This document shows, in pieces, positions 22,415 to 34,136 of a stretch of 64,000 nucleotides of DNA. The notes under the pieces are model-generated. The model was not told the origin of the DNA, did no database searches, and was given only the letters and a program-made list of their open reading frames with translations. How positions within the stretch are numbered: position 1 is the first letter of the stretch; the number at the start of each line of letters is the position of its first letter. Both the position numbers and the translations under genes were made by a program. Origin of the DNA: Schizochytrium sp. TIO01 (Eukaryota > Protista > Bigyra: Labyrinthulomycetes); the NCBI GenBank assembly GCA_004764695.1, contig SMSO01000025.1, positions 2,046,001 through 2,110,000 on the forward strand. Direction: 5' to 3'.

Positions 22415-22883
22415 CCCCAAGTTTCAATTGCTGGAATTGTAGTTCTGAGCACTACTATATATCCCCTTCAACGTTTTTTCAACGTTGTGAGTTCTAGTAA
22501 AACTAATAGGTAAATACTACCTAGCACTATTTTTGGGTCACTTAGACTTTGTATGTTTTGTGATATTTTCATCAGCAGAAAATCTTAGTTTTCCAAAATA
22601 TCGTCCCGTGTCGTTTACGCAAAATAGAGGCTCATTATCATGTCCGATGTAGTTTAGTTTGAACATACATAGACCCGAATGCGCTCTCTCACTATTTAGG
22701 CAGTTCCTCGCAATGCTTTTATTCACGAAATCAAAGTAAAGCCGTAACTTGAAGAAAGAGAGGCGCGTGCAGGCACTATGGAAGAGCGGTAGACACGTGG
22801 ACGTGTCTTCATCATCTCAGCTCGATGTTCTCACAGTTTGTTTGAAAGAGACAGGTAAAAATCGTTTTATCTCCCTCTTAGTG

Positions 22884-22890
<7 letters not shown>

Positions 22891-22919
<29 letters not shown>

Positions 22920-23000
22920 TGTATGTATGTATGTATGTATGTATGTATGTATGTATGTATGTATGTATGTATGTATGTATGTATGTATGTATGTATGTAT
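22891..23000. repeat. (GTAT)n microsatellite
   Basis: About 110 bp perfect tetranucleotide run. Confidence 0.95.
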
Positions 23001-25093
23001 TATTAATTATAAAAACTCAACATGACTTGCTTGCAAAAGCATCCGAGGCCTTTGTAGGGATGACTCTTTTTTTCAATCACAACAGAGTTAGCGGTCACAT
23101 TAATATCTACCTAAGTATGTATTACTGAGTGAAAGAAAATAAGCAAATAAACAATCACAACTGTTTGATATCTCTCCTACAACTATCACTGGCGTCAGCT
23201 CTTTCTGCTTGTGTAACTATCTACATTTTCTACACAAACGATTGCTAATTACGGTCAATTTTTAACATTAGATGCTTTGAGTGAACTTCTAATAAAGAAA
23301 TGTATCTGCATTGTTTTGCTAGAGGATGTGTTTTCTGGTTGCTTTTTCAGTGCGACTCTTTCCAGTATCTGGCTGAACAGAGGTGCGTTGGACTTATAGG
23401 TACGGATTCTCGTTCCCATTCTTGATTCTGTTTGCTTTGGGCCCAGCTCCAGCGATTCCACAACTCACTTACTGTACCTTCTCTGGTTGTTTGTTGTTGC
23501 TGCTGCTGCTGCAAAAATACGCCTCCTCTGTTCTTTAATCTGCTCGCTGGGTAACTTTGCGCGCTGCCAATATTTCATGCCCACCGCAGGATAGAATCAA
23601 CAACATAATCAGCTGTTATGGAATCTCAAGGTCTTTAAAACGGACACTGAGTCCTGAGCAGCGGCTGTACGTGTTTATTCGCAGTTTCGTTGCCAATAAT
23701 TCTGCTTTCGCAATGATTGCATCACAACCTGATATGACTTTTCACAAAAGCTCCTCTGACTAGTGCGAGTGCAGTTATCGCCCCTCTACTACGAGCGCTG
23801 TCATGCTATCTACCCTCACTCAAGCTGTGACGAGCCATGAGTGACTCGCCACTTCTGCTTCCTGTTCCCTCCATTTGGAATATTTAGGCACTCCCGCATA
23901 GAAATCTGTCCAAATCTCCTTCAAATAGACATCAAACAGCTTTTTTACACCAAGGATGTCCCAAAGCCAGCTTCGCAGACCCCGTGCGCCCAAGCTGTTT
24001 TCCCTTTCCCAGCAAACCAGCTAGTTATCTTCGCCGTGGACAGCTTGCGCTCCCTAATCTAGCTCAAGCATCACCCTTTGTTCGCTAATTATGCCACCAA
24101 GATCCACCCCAGCGCCGTGTCCTTTATCTCTGCACAGCCCCCTCGGCCACAAAGGAAGCCGCCTCGACCGCTTTTAGCCCGAGTTCTCTCCTGTAGCGCA
24201 TCCCTGGATTAGTCATTCCACCCGACAAAGGGCCAGAGCACTCCGGCTCTAAGTGTCTTGTTTGTTGACTCTGGCACGGCAGTCGCCGATATCAAAGGCT
24301 TCACGAGCGTGCTTCAGCTATTTTGGAGCGAATGCAAGGTGCGTTTTATACCTTGAAACGATATTATAAAGTATCTTCTTTCATAATTATTTTTAGTATT
24401 ATTAAATAAATTAAAAGGTTAAACATTTTATTTAGGAGAAAGTATCATTTAATATGATCGTTTTTTCTTTTCTTGTCTTTGTTTTTTGAAGTAGGACATG
24501 AAAACTTGAGAAATCGTGAATATGATCTTGGAGACCAGGACCTTGGAGTCGAAGGAGAAGAAGTAGTATTAGTAGAAGAGGACGATGATGAGATCACAGG
24601 CCTCACAGTAGTGGACAACGCAAGGCAAGAGCTCAAGCCGGGACTGTATTGAATCTTTACGTAATGCAGCAAGTGTACACCCGCTCGGAATTCAGGCGGC
24701 GAGCGGCGGATGGCGTCGGGCAGTTAGCTTTCACAAGCGTCACAAAAGAATTTTCATTTCTCCTTCAACTTTTGGTCAAATAGATCGTTCATAAATTATG
24801 CATCGCAGATCTTCGAGGCAGAACCTACGATGAGCAAGGTTGCAAAGCAGCTTTCGGTGTCCGTTCTCTTGCTGTAAAATACTTGGACGTTGAAAGCCTT
24901 TTGAGTGGCCAAGGCCTCAGCAAAAAATCGAGATCCACAATTACATTTTCGATTTTCAATTAAAATTAATTCATAAGAACTGTTCGGAATCAATCACAGT
25001 TCCGAATCCTCATCTTAACCAAACTCCAAACTCCAAACTCGAATCCTCAAACTGGTCTTAGGCGAGTTCCTATAGTCTCGTTCCGCTCAGACG

Positions 25094-26428
25094 ATGTTGT
25101 CTTCCGTGGCTTCTCGCTCCCGCGCGTCTGCCTTTGGTCTTCCCATGGCGGTCTCGCGAGCGTTTTCATCGAGCAGTGGCGGTCTCATGAGTAAGAAGAG
25201 CGTCGAGGACGTGGACGTCTCTGGAAAGCGTGTTCTCATCCGTGTAGACTTCAATGTTCCCTTTGGGGAAGGTGGCAAGATTACCAACGACCAACGTATG
25301 CGCGAGGCCTTGCCGACCATCAAAAATGTCCTCGAACGTGGTGCCAGTGGTGTTGTGCTCATGTCTCACCTTGGCAGACCCAAGGGCACTCCGCAAAAGA
25401 AGTTCTCGCTTGAGCCTGTAGCCAAGCACCTCTGGACTCTTCTTGGGAAAGAGGGCAAATTCCTGCCTAATTGCGTTGGTGAGGACGTCGAGAAGACATG
25501 CTCTGGACTCAAGAACGGTGAGGTTGTGCTGATGGAGAACCTTCGATTCCACCTTGAAGAAGAAGGCAAAGGCGAGATCAATGGTGAGAAGGTGAAAGCA
25601 GACCCCGTCAAGGTTAAGGAGTTCAGGGCTTCACTCTCCAAGCTTGGAGACGTTTACGTGAATGATGCTTTTGGAACTGCTCACCGAGCTCACTCAAGCA
25701 TGGTTGGCATTGACCTCCCGGACCGCGTGTCAGGACTCTTGCTCAAGAAGGAGCTTGATTACTTTGGGCGTGCTATGGAGGACCCTCCTAGACCGTTCTT
25801 GACCATTTTGGGTGGAGCCAAGGTCGCCGACAAGATCCAGCTAATCAACAATTTGCTCGATAAGGTCGACGAGATGGTTATTGCAGGAGGCATGGCCTTT
25901 ACCTTCAAGCGCGTGCTCGACAAGACCGAGATTGGAGGATCCATCTACGATGAGGCTGGCGCAGAGCTCGTGCCCAAGATCATGGAGAAGGCCGCTGCCA
26001 AGGGTGTAAAGATCCACCTCCCTGTTGACTTTGTGGCTGCTAGCAAATTTGATAAGGACGCCGAGACCAAGCTCGTTACTGATAAGGAGGGCGTACCTGA
26101 GGGATGGCTCGGCCTTGATGTTGGCCCCGAGAGTGCCAAGCAAGCTGCCGAAGCCGTCAGTCGTGCTAAGCTCATTCTTTGGAACGGCCCCATGGGCGTT
26201 TTTGAGTTTGACAAGTTTGCTGGGGCCACCAAAACTGTTCTTGAAGCTGTTGTAAAGTCTACCAAGAACGGAGCCATCTCGATTATTGGCGGAGGTGACA
26301 CTGCCACCTGCGTGAAGAAGTTTGGTGCTGAGGATGCTGTAAGCCATGTCAGCACTGGCGGTGGTGCCAGTGTCGAGCTTGTCGAGGGTAAGGAGCTCCC
26401 GGGAATCGTTGCCCTCTCGGACAAGTAG
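25094..26428 (+). CDS. PGK: Phosphoglycerate kinase with N-terminal mitochondrial-type targeting peptide
   Basis: [78 protein letters not shown] and [10 protein letters not shown]. Strong codon bias. The 31-aa extension is R/S/A-rich and has no acidic residues. Confidence 0.98.
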   Translation: MLSSVASRSRASAFGLPMAVSRAFSSSSGGLMSKKSVEDVDVSGKRVLIRVDFNVPFGEGGKITNDQRMREALPTIKNVLERGASGVVLMSHLGRPKGTPQKKFSLEPVAKHLWTLLGKEGKFLPNCVGEDVEKTCSGLKNGEVVLMENLRFHLEEEGKGEINGEKVKADPVKVKEFRASLSKLGDVYVNDAFGTAHRAHSSMVGIDLPDRVSGLLLKKELDYFGRAMEDPPRPFLTILGGAKVADKIQLINNLLDKVDEMVIAGGMAFTFKRVLDKTEIGGSIYDEAGAELVPKIMEKAAAKGVKIHLPVDFVAASKFDKDAETKLVTDKEGVPEGWLGLDVGPESAKQAAEAVSRAKLILWNGPMGVFEFDKFAGATKTVLEAVVKSTKNGAISIIGGGDTATCVKKFGAEDAVSHVSTGGGASVELVEGKELPGIVALSDK

Positions 26429-27086
26429 ATTTCGTTTCTGATTCTGTTTGCTTCTTTTCCATTCGCTTTTCTTTTCTTTACTCCTCTTCGATACAACGCT
26501 ATTTTTGGAGGTAACCTATCTGGTAATCTCTACAAAGACGAGTGATGAGATCCTTGCGAAGATAATTGCTCGTGTGCCCTGATGCAACGAATGTAGTTTT
26601 ACAGGTATCACACGAAACTCGTACATTGAAACTCCATATCTTTAAATTAAAGTCATCTTAGATCTGCAATTTGCGCCCCTGAAAACGAACGAATTTGTAG
26701 TTCTCAGAACTGCGAGTTTATTCACTTAAGAAAATGTTGTGAGTGTCTTTTTGGATTTGTCTAGTAAGTTTAAGCGATGTGCCTCTCTGCCTAGCTTGCT
26801 CACCTTCTCAGCACTCGTTTTTTTCAATGTTAAGAGATGGACGTCTGTATAATGCTTTCTAAATTTTCAGAAACCTGCTGCATTTGGTAGTCGTTTGACC
26901 TTCCTGTGCTATCTGAAGATAGAAATATGAAATGGCCCTTATTTATTTGATTGATTGGGTGTTGGAAGTTGATCCTTTCTACTAGTTGTTCAACTTTCAA
27001 CTAGGTACCTACCATACCTAGTAGTATTACCCCTAATGCTACATCGCTTTGGGTTGGGGAAAGGCAAAAACCTCATCGCCTTCAAG

Positions 27087-28832
27087 ATGGCGCCCGCCGC
27101 GACGACCAAAAAAAAGACGAAAGTAGCTTCCTCGAAAAAGTCAGCAGTCAAGAAAGCTGCTTCTGTCAAGGCTTCTGGCCTCACAGACATCGAGGACCTT
27201 GTGAGGCCAGAGAGATTGATCACTGACTCAGATTCTGCTTCATGGGCAAACTCAACCACCACAACTTGCAGCAGTACTGGTGCAAAGAAAACTACAGCTC
27301 TGCATAAAACTGAGAGAAGCTGTACAGGAGAAAATGTTCATGATGTCGATGCCATAATTGCAAGCCTTCGTGAAAGTCTCCTTGAGTGGTTTGACCAGAA
27401 TAGGCGACTTCTGCCATGGCGTGGAGATCAGGGTGAGTATTTGGGTCAAAGCCTTGCCAGTGTACCTGCAGATCAACGGCAAGAGCCACGCAAGGTTGCA
27501 CCATACGAAACTTGGGTTTCAGAAATCATGTTACAGCAAACTCGTGTGGAAACCGTAATTGATTACTTCAAGCGCTGGATGGAGCGATTTCCAACTCCTC
27601 ATGAGTTGGCTAAGGCTACCCCAGACGAGGTCAATGCAAGTTGGGCAGGTTTGGGCTACTATCGCCGCGCACGAAATCTGCATGCCGGTGCACAGACTGT
27701 GAGCCAAGAATACAATGGTGATTTACCTTCCGAAGTGAAAGATTTACTTAAGATTCAAGGCATTGGCGCCTACACGGCAGGTGCAGTAGCTTCTATTGCA
27801 TTCGGTCGGGCGGTCCCCTTAGTAGATGGAAATGTGATTCGTGTTTTTTCTCGATTGTGTGCAGTTAAGGCTGAAGCAAAAGACGCTGGCCTTATCAAAG
27901 GTTGTTGGTCTCTTGCGCAACGACTTGTAGATCCTTCAAGACCTGGCGACTTCAATCAAGCTTTGATGGAGCTTGGGGCTACGGTCTGCAAGCCTCGAAA
28001 CCCTCAATGCGATATCTGCCCTGCTCAGAAATTTTGCAGGGCATATGCTGAAGATCCAACTACAGTACAAGACATTCCTCTCAAGGCCAAGGCAAAGGTC
28101 CTGCCTGTGGAAACTTACGCTGTTGGTGTATTAGAGCGTACCTCAGTGCGGGACGGTGAAAACCTTCAAGAGTTTCTTATGGCAAAACGACCTGCTCAAG
28201 GCCTTCTTGCAGGACAATGGGAATTCCTTCTTGCACGCAGTGATACTTCTGACCCAACATTCTCATCTCGCCAGCGCCTCATTGACTCTGCCCTTGGAGA
28301 GGGACAGATACCTATAGCTCCATGCAGAACATGCCTTCATAAAGCAACTCGACAAGACCGAGGAATGCATGAGCACACCTTTTCGCACTTACAACACCGC
28401 CTTCATGTTGAAAGTATTGTACTTCCTGCAATTTGTAAGGAGTGCCAGGTTTCTGTCAACGACGTAGAAGCCGAGGTTGAGATTATGGATGACACGGTGG
28501 AAGACATAATTCGAGAGTTTGCCTGGCTCACCACAACAGAGATGCGCGACCGAGGTATGACTGCAAGCATGACAAAGTGCCTTGCGCTGACACAAGACAC
28601 CGCTGGTGCGAACAAGACCAAAGGGAGCAAGAAGCGTAAAGCTCAAACTTCTGCAACCGATAAGACTAAAAAGGAAATTAACGACAAGAAGCAGTCGACA
28701 ATTTCTACATTTTTCGGTGCCGGTAAAGTTAAAGTTCAAAAAGAGAAAAGTTCCGTCGTTGAACTCAAGGACGAAGTTGAGGTTGCCGAAGCTCCAGTTA
28801 CAAAGCTTCGGAGAAGTCGGCGCAAGCAGTAA
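27087..28832 (+). CDS. MUTYH: A/G-specific adenine DNA glycosylase (MutY homolog)
   Basis: LPWR, WVSEIMLQQTRV, WAGLGYYRRARNL, HhH IQGIGAYTAGA, VDGNVIRV, PGDFNQALMELGA, the 4Fe-4S motif CKPRNPQCDICPAQKFC and NUDIX-like KRP..GLLAGQWEF. Start is either 27087 (MAPAAT) or the upstream ATG at 27036. Confidence 0.96.
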   Translation: MAPAATTKKKTKVASSKKSAVKKAASVKASGLTDIEDLVRPERLITDSDSASWANSTTTTCSSTGAKKTTALHKTERSCTGENVHDVDAIIASLRESLLEWFDQNRRLLPWRGDQGEYLGQSLASVPADQRQEPRKVAPYETWVSEIMLQQTRVETVIDYFKRWMERFPTPHELAKATPDEVNASWAGLGYYRRARNLHAGAQTVSQEYNGDLPSEVKDLLKIQGIGAYTAGAVASIAFGRAVPLVDGNVIRVFSRLCAVKAEAKDAGLIKGCWSLAQRLVDPSRPGDFNQALMELGATVCKPRNPQCDICPAQKFCRAYAEDPTTVQDIPLKAKAKVLPVETYAVGVLERTSVRDGENLQEFLMAKRPAQGLLAGQWEFLLARSDTSDPTFSSRQRLIDSALGEGQIPIAPCRTCLHKATRQDRGMHEHTFSHLQHRLHVESIVLPAICKECQVSVNDVEAEVEIMDDTVEDIIREFAWLTTTEMRDRGMTASMTKCLALTQDTAGANKTKGSKKRKAQTSATDKTKKEINDKKQSTISTFFGAGKVKVQKEKSSVVELKDEVEVAEAPVTKLRRSRRKQ

Positions 28833-29159
28833 CATTTTATTGAATGCTTTCATTCTCCGTGTACTAGTCAAGTTAGTATAAACCATTTCAAAAGTTTCTT
28901 AGGTTACTTTTGCTTAATTGTAATCTACTATATGTTTTCCCCGTTAAATTGAGACAACTAGGCAACTAGACAGCAACGCAGCAAAGCGATGGCAAAATTC
29001 TCTTTATAGTCCATGTCATCTTTTGAACTTCTAAGTCTCTTATTCTCTTTATGTGAGAGGCATTCAATATAAAAGAGAAGGAATTAGATTTATGCAAGGT
29101 TTTAAAAGATTGAGCAGAAGAGTAAAACACAAATTGATGATGAGTGTTATATGACGGAA

Positions 29160-31424
29160 TTACGATACGAACATAGAAAGAGCGATCGGATAGTGGGTTG
29201 AAATTTCGTTTGCCTGTGCACGTGCGCTCAAGATATAAGCTTGGTTAAGTGCTACTTCATTGAGAACAGTGACTTGCATTTTATGTGGCTTTCCGTGATT
29301 GCGAGACACTAGAATATAGTCCTTCAACGTAGGTAGTTTGCGAAGACGTTTTGCAAGAAGATTAGTAGCAGGATTGACTGTTAAGATGGCACGAATCTCG
29401 GGATCGATAAGAGAAGGGCTGGCACTATTTGATCGTTGCAACTGCGGGGAAAATACTTCCATCGCTGTTGAGTTAGCATCACCCGAGGAACTCTTTGAGC
29501 TAGCAGTCTTGACACTGATGCGCTTACCATACTCATCTGAGATCTGGCAGCATGTGCGGATCGCCTCGAGATGCTTAGGTTTGATTTGCACGGCAGGATC
29601 TGTTGTGCCCAGAATATCTAGCATGCGGTCGTATGCGTCTTCCTGGGAAGCATGGCAAAGCTTGAGATCGCCTGAGAAAAGCAAGGGCTCATTTTGAGGC
29701 AAGTGTAAACTCTGAACCCACTGTCTAAGGGAGCACAATTCGAATTCTCGAACAATATTGGCTGCTCGGGAGTTCCCACCCATGGTATTCACAGTAATCA
29801 CATTCACACAATGCTGACCCTTGCGTACGCGCACCAGGATCGCGCCTCGGTTTGTCATACGTTGTTTATCGAACTTGAAGAAAGCAACCTTTTCAATAGG
29901 GTAACGTGAGGCGATCCATGTTGCCCCGGATGCAGACCTTGTTGTACCAGCGCCAAGAGCAGGTGTTTCAAAAGGCATCAGTAGGTTGCGTTTAATGTGA
30001 GCACGCAGAAGAGGTGAAGACTTGGTGCATGAAGCTCCGCTGATGACAAGAACGTCGGGAAGTATGCCTTGCTGATTAAAAGTCTCTCCGAGAGCAGCGG
30101 GGATGGCTTTTGCACGAGTTCGCTTCCGAGACTTGACTCCTTTTGCGACTGATTTCCAAGTCGATCGATTGCTTGACTCAAGCCATACATTGAGAGAAAC
30201 GACATCGAAAGGTGTTCCAAGTTGAGCTCTAGAGCTACTTCGCCGGCGGCTACTTTTTCTAGTACTGCTACTGCGCGAGGAGCTGCGGGAGCTATCACTT
30301 TTCCTGGCGCGGCTTTTGCGCGTACTGCTTTTCCGACTAGTGCGAGTAGGAGATGCAGGACTAGTTGGACTGTACCCGACACCAGATGTTGTGTCTCTGC
30401 TTTCCGTGTCAAAGTCGTCTTCTACATCATCTGACTCTTTCATCTCATGAACATGCACGCCATTTGCAGAATTTGCAGGGCTTGGCGTCTTGGAGGGTTT
30501 AGAGGCGGCGACGTCTTCATGAGGGTTTTGCTCACTGACTTGAGTTTGTCTAGACTTTAAGGATTGTTCTTCTTCTTCTGTAGCATCTGGCCCGATTGAG
30601 TCTTCAGAGTATGTTGAAACAGGGGACCTTACCGTAAAACAAGATGGCGCGGTGTCCAGTCCACTTCCTTCGTGAAAGCTAGTAATAGAGACGGCTGTGT
30701 TATTGTTAATTAGGTTTGGCTTGGCACTCCAAGTGACGATTTTATCTTCGCTCGTAACACTAAGAATATACAAATGTTCGCCTCTGTGCACGGGGCCAAC
30801 TCGGCCAGGGCAGTAGAATACTACCTGGAAAGTTGCACCTGCTGAGGTCTGCATAAAGACAAGGTCTCCGTATTCCACAATCTCCGATTCCTGTTTGGAG
30901 GTGAGCCCCGGCTTGTCTGAAGAGACGATATGAAAAACACTCGCCGCTTCCTGAGACTTATTTACAGCACGCAATGTGCTCGTAGGTTTCGTTGTCGAAG
31001 TGGACGTAGAAGCTGAAATCCACAAGCCATTGCATTCTAAGGTGATAGAATCACCAGGTTCAAGGCAGGTCTTAGGATCATGTTCGTATTGGTCGGTTTG
31101 GTAAAGTCCTGGCCAGGCTGATTGAATGTCACTGCGAGCCTGGTCGAGCGTTATAGATTTTTCCTTACTGGATTTAAGTTCTCCACCTGCAGCAGCTTTG
31201 ATGGCAAATGCTGGTTCAAGAAGTCCTCGAACTTCCCATCTGTGAATGATAGCAGACGCTTCTGAGGGATCAAGTGCTAATCCTTGCTGCAAGACATAGT
31301 TTACCACCCTTTCATGCGTGAGGTCAGACCAGTCCCTCGTCCTTCTTGCGAGGTCTGAAGCTGCTGCCAGATCAACCGCTTCTCGCCAGTCATCGCTCTG
31401 CCCAGATACCAACGCGATGTCCAT
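29160..31424 (-). CDS. Large protein with a C-terminal EEP (neutral sphingomyelinase C-like) domain, probably catalytically inactive
   Basis: EEP scaffold motifs in order: VVSLNVW, PDVLVI, IASRYPI, NRGAILVRV, PLLFSGDL, TVNPATNLLAK, DYILVSRNH, STHYPI. Central S/R-rich disordered linker. First ATG is at 31424 (the track start at 31475 is TTG). Confidence 0.75.
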   Translation of the reverse strand: MDIALVSGQSDDWREAVDLAAASDLARRTRDWSDLTHERVVNYVLQQGLALDPSEASAIIHRWEVRGLLEPAFAIKAAAGGELKSSKEKSITLDQARSDIQSAWPGLYQTDQYEHDPKTCLEPGDSITLECNGLWISASTSTSTTKPTSTLRAVNKSQEAASVFHIVSSDKPGLTSKQESEIVEYGDLVFMQTSAGATFQVVFYCPGRVGPVHRGEHLYILSVTSEDKIVTWSAKPNLINNNTAVSITSFHEGSGLDTAPSCFTVRSPVSTYSEDSIGPDATEEEEQSLKSRQTQVSEQNPHEDVAASKPSKTPSPANSANGVHVHEMKESDDVEDDFDTESRDTTSGVGYSPTSPASPTRTSRKSSTRKSRARKSDSSRSSSRSSSTRKSSRRRSSSRAQLGTPFDVVSLNVWLESSNRSTWKSVAKGVKSRKRTRAKAIPAALGETFNQQGILPDVLVISGASCTKSSPLLRAHIKRNLLMPFETPALGAGTTRSASGATWIASRYPIEKVAFFKFDKQRMTNRGAILVRVRKGQHCVNVITVNTMGGNSRAANIVREFELCSLRQWVQSLHLPQNEPLLFSGDLKLCHASQEDAYDRMLDILGTTDPAVQIKPKHLEAIRTCCQISDEYGKRISVKTASSKSSSGDANSTAMEVFSPQLQRSNSASPSLIDPEIRAILTVNPATNLLAKRLRKLPTLKDYILVSRNHGKPHKMQVTVLNEVALNQAYILSARAQANEISTHYPIALSMFVS

Positions 31425-33675
31425 CTCTCGAGTTGGTGTGCTATATAAGCGGGACAAGTGCTCGCTCAATCGCAAACTCGCTGTTGCGAGAGACCTCTAT
31501 ACCCCCCTTGCCAAGGGCTCCAAGAAGAATTAACTTCAATCCTCAGGGCCGAAAGCAGAAACAACAACAGCAGCAGCAGCAGCGGCAGCAATGCACTTGC
31601 TGTGCCAGAAAACCGGGTTTGCTCGCGCCTCTAAGTAAAAACACACAACCAAGCAAAAGCGCTTGTGCACGCTGGGACCAAGACGATCCAAGTGTTTTAT
31701 TGACTTCCTAGAAATGTCCTAAGAGTAGCTACGGCGTTCCTAACCGAAGTGGTGCAAGTGCTGTTCCTCGCTAGATGCTATATAGCTACAACCATAGAAC
31801 TCGTAGTGTTAATATCAAAGCACGAAAGGGGGAGGCCTAGCTTTATGAGTAGGCAAGAGCTTAGTCGGCGACGCGGTTAAGAAATGGAGTAAGCCTGCAC
31901 ACAAAGAATTACAACACAACTCAATTTATAATATACTTGCCACCAAACCAACACCGACGACCAGAGCTTCTCGTCGTATGCTGGCAATTGGCCTCTTCTA
32001 GTTGCTCGTTTGCTCCATGTAGAATTGTCGGCTTCAAGAAGGTATTTATTTACACTCTCTTGCATAAGTTTCTGAATTCCGGAGCAGCAAGGGCTTCATA
32101 GTATAGTTCAAGTTGAGCGAGGGTACTCTCTCTACGTACGTCGTGATACTAAATCAGAGTAATGTACTATTTTACATTTTTAAGTGGGGTGGTATTGGGT
32201 GAATTGAAATTCTAAGGATGCCATGTGGTCTGGGTGGAGCGAGTTAGCAACTCGTTTGGTTCTCTTGGAGGAGAAGAAGAAGAACTTACAGCTGGCCGCT
32301 GCTTCTTGCTTGCTTGGTCTTGGTGTTGCATGCGATCACGAAGAGGCTTCCAAGGCTCCCTGGATCCAATAAACTTTCGCGTGCCCGAACCGCGAGGCAG
32401 ACTGCCTTCAGGTAGTTGCAATCCGTAGAACTGAGCTAGCCTAAACTTAGTGACTTCGAGCCCCGTGTGTGCACAAGTTCCGAGGCGTGTGGCGTTCTCA
32501 AACGAGCGCAGTACACAAATGGGGGCTCGCCACAGGGACTTCTGGGAACACCATGTTAAGCATCCCACTCGACGTGGGAGTGAGCTCGTTTTACAGCCCT
32601 TCTCAATGCGACCAAGCGCGAGGTTGTTATTGAGCTACGCACGTTTTACTCTTTCGCAGAGGTGGAATCCCTTTGTTTGTACGCCTAAAATCAGAGTCAA
32701 GATTGCTTGCTTGCTTGCTATTGTCGTCGTGTATGTATGTGTCAAATCCGTCGTCTTCTTGGTTGTCTGCAAACCTGATATGTAAATCTTTCGCGCTCGC
32801 TTGTCTGCTCTACCACTCACTGATCATCGCTATCTATCTACCTATTCACTACTACCTATTTTGGCCTGTACACGTGAGTGAGAGAGAGAGACGGAGTGTG
32901 CAGCCAACCTTGAAGACGACCAACTAACTACGAGACCTCCTCTTGCCGCTACGACATAGAGTGCGTTTGCAGGTGTCCGTGCCACATCTTTCTGTGTGGC
33001 TCCTTCACTTGTGACATTATCATGAGTTCCACAGAAGCATAAATGTCTGAGTCATCCAAAGCGTCATGCTGCCGTGCCACAACTAACTCCATCGCAAAGC
33101 ATCGCTTGTCCAAGTCTCCTTCGCCAACAGATGAATCCATTTCATGAAATCAACAACTAAATCAATGTGTATAAATGCAGCCAATCGTCCTCGCTGCGCT
33201 CGTGCTCTATTTGCTCGGTTTTGTCGTCGGAAGTCAGTCAGCAAAACCCAAGCAACGAACGAAGAGAAGACTATCCACCACACCCACAACAGTCACCCAT
33301 AACAAGGCAAGCAGGCATACTGTCTGCCAATCTATCCATCTATCTTCTGCTAGAGTACATACATTGTCAACGCCGCAATTTCCATTCCATTCCATTCCAT
33401 TCCATTCCTTCATTCAAGTCTTCGTCTCCTTCTGTCGCCCTGAGAACTTGGCAACAAACTTAAGGACAAATTGCACTTTTCCAGGAGAGAGAACAGAACG
33501 GACCGCGAGGGCGAAATGAGCGAAAGAAAGAACAGCGAAAAGAAGAAAGAGAGAGGGAGAGAGAGCGCAGCGCTCTTTGATTGAGGTTGGGGGGGCTTAT
33601 CATCCTCTCTCTTATTCTTATTCCTGGGCGTCTTCTTTCTTTCTTTCTCTCCTTTTGTTGGATTTGGATCAGACA

Positions 33676-33812
33676 GGAAGAAGAGGAAGAGGAAGAGGAA
33701 AAAGAAAAGAAAAGAAACGAAAAGAGAGGAGGGAAAAAGAAAGACAGAAAGAAAGAAAGAGAAAAGAGAAAGAGACCAAAAAGAGAGAGAACAGCGAGAA
33801 ATGGAAATGGAA
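33676..33812. repeat. Purine-rich (GA/GAAA) low-complexity tract downstream of the TAZ gene
   Basis: Almost pure A/G on the + strand. Confidence 0.8.
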
Positions 33813-34136
33813 ATGAATGCGCATGCGCCTTCTTCTTCTTCCTTCCTCCTCTCTCTCTCTTCCTCCTCGTCTTTGCTTTGCTCAGATGATGCCGAAGCGG
33901 TCTCTCCTGCACTTTCTTGTCTCCGCGGCGGCGTTGCCTCGATTTAGCGGAGGAGAGGCCGTCGTCCCAGTGATTTTCATCGCTCGTTGTTGTTGTTGTT
34001 ATTGCAATGTGGTGTATGATGACATGCGCAATGGCTTTTGTTTTTTGTGTTCAAGATGTGTTGGTTGTCAGGATCTCTGTTCTGCTGTTTGTCTCTTTCT
34101 CAGTTTGTGCGGTGGTTTTTGCTCGAAGGCGCTCGC

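Noticed and set aside
22749-23128. ORFs with MYVC repeats (also YI, ACLL, SFIH and NQSI repeat ORFs elsewhere)
   Set aside because: These are translations of microsatellites.
23250-24330. Coding-like GC-richer stretch between the coiled-coil gene and PGK
   Set aside because: All frames are interrupted and I could not recognise any family. It may be a relic but is unsupported without a tblastx search.
25166-26496. Several 128-183 aa minus-strand ORFs inside PGK
   Set aside because: Antisense shadows caused by strong codon bias.
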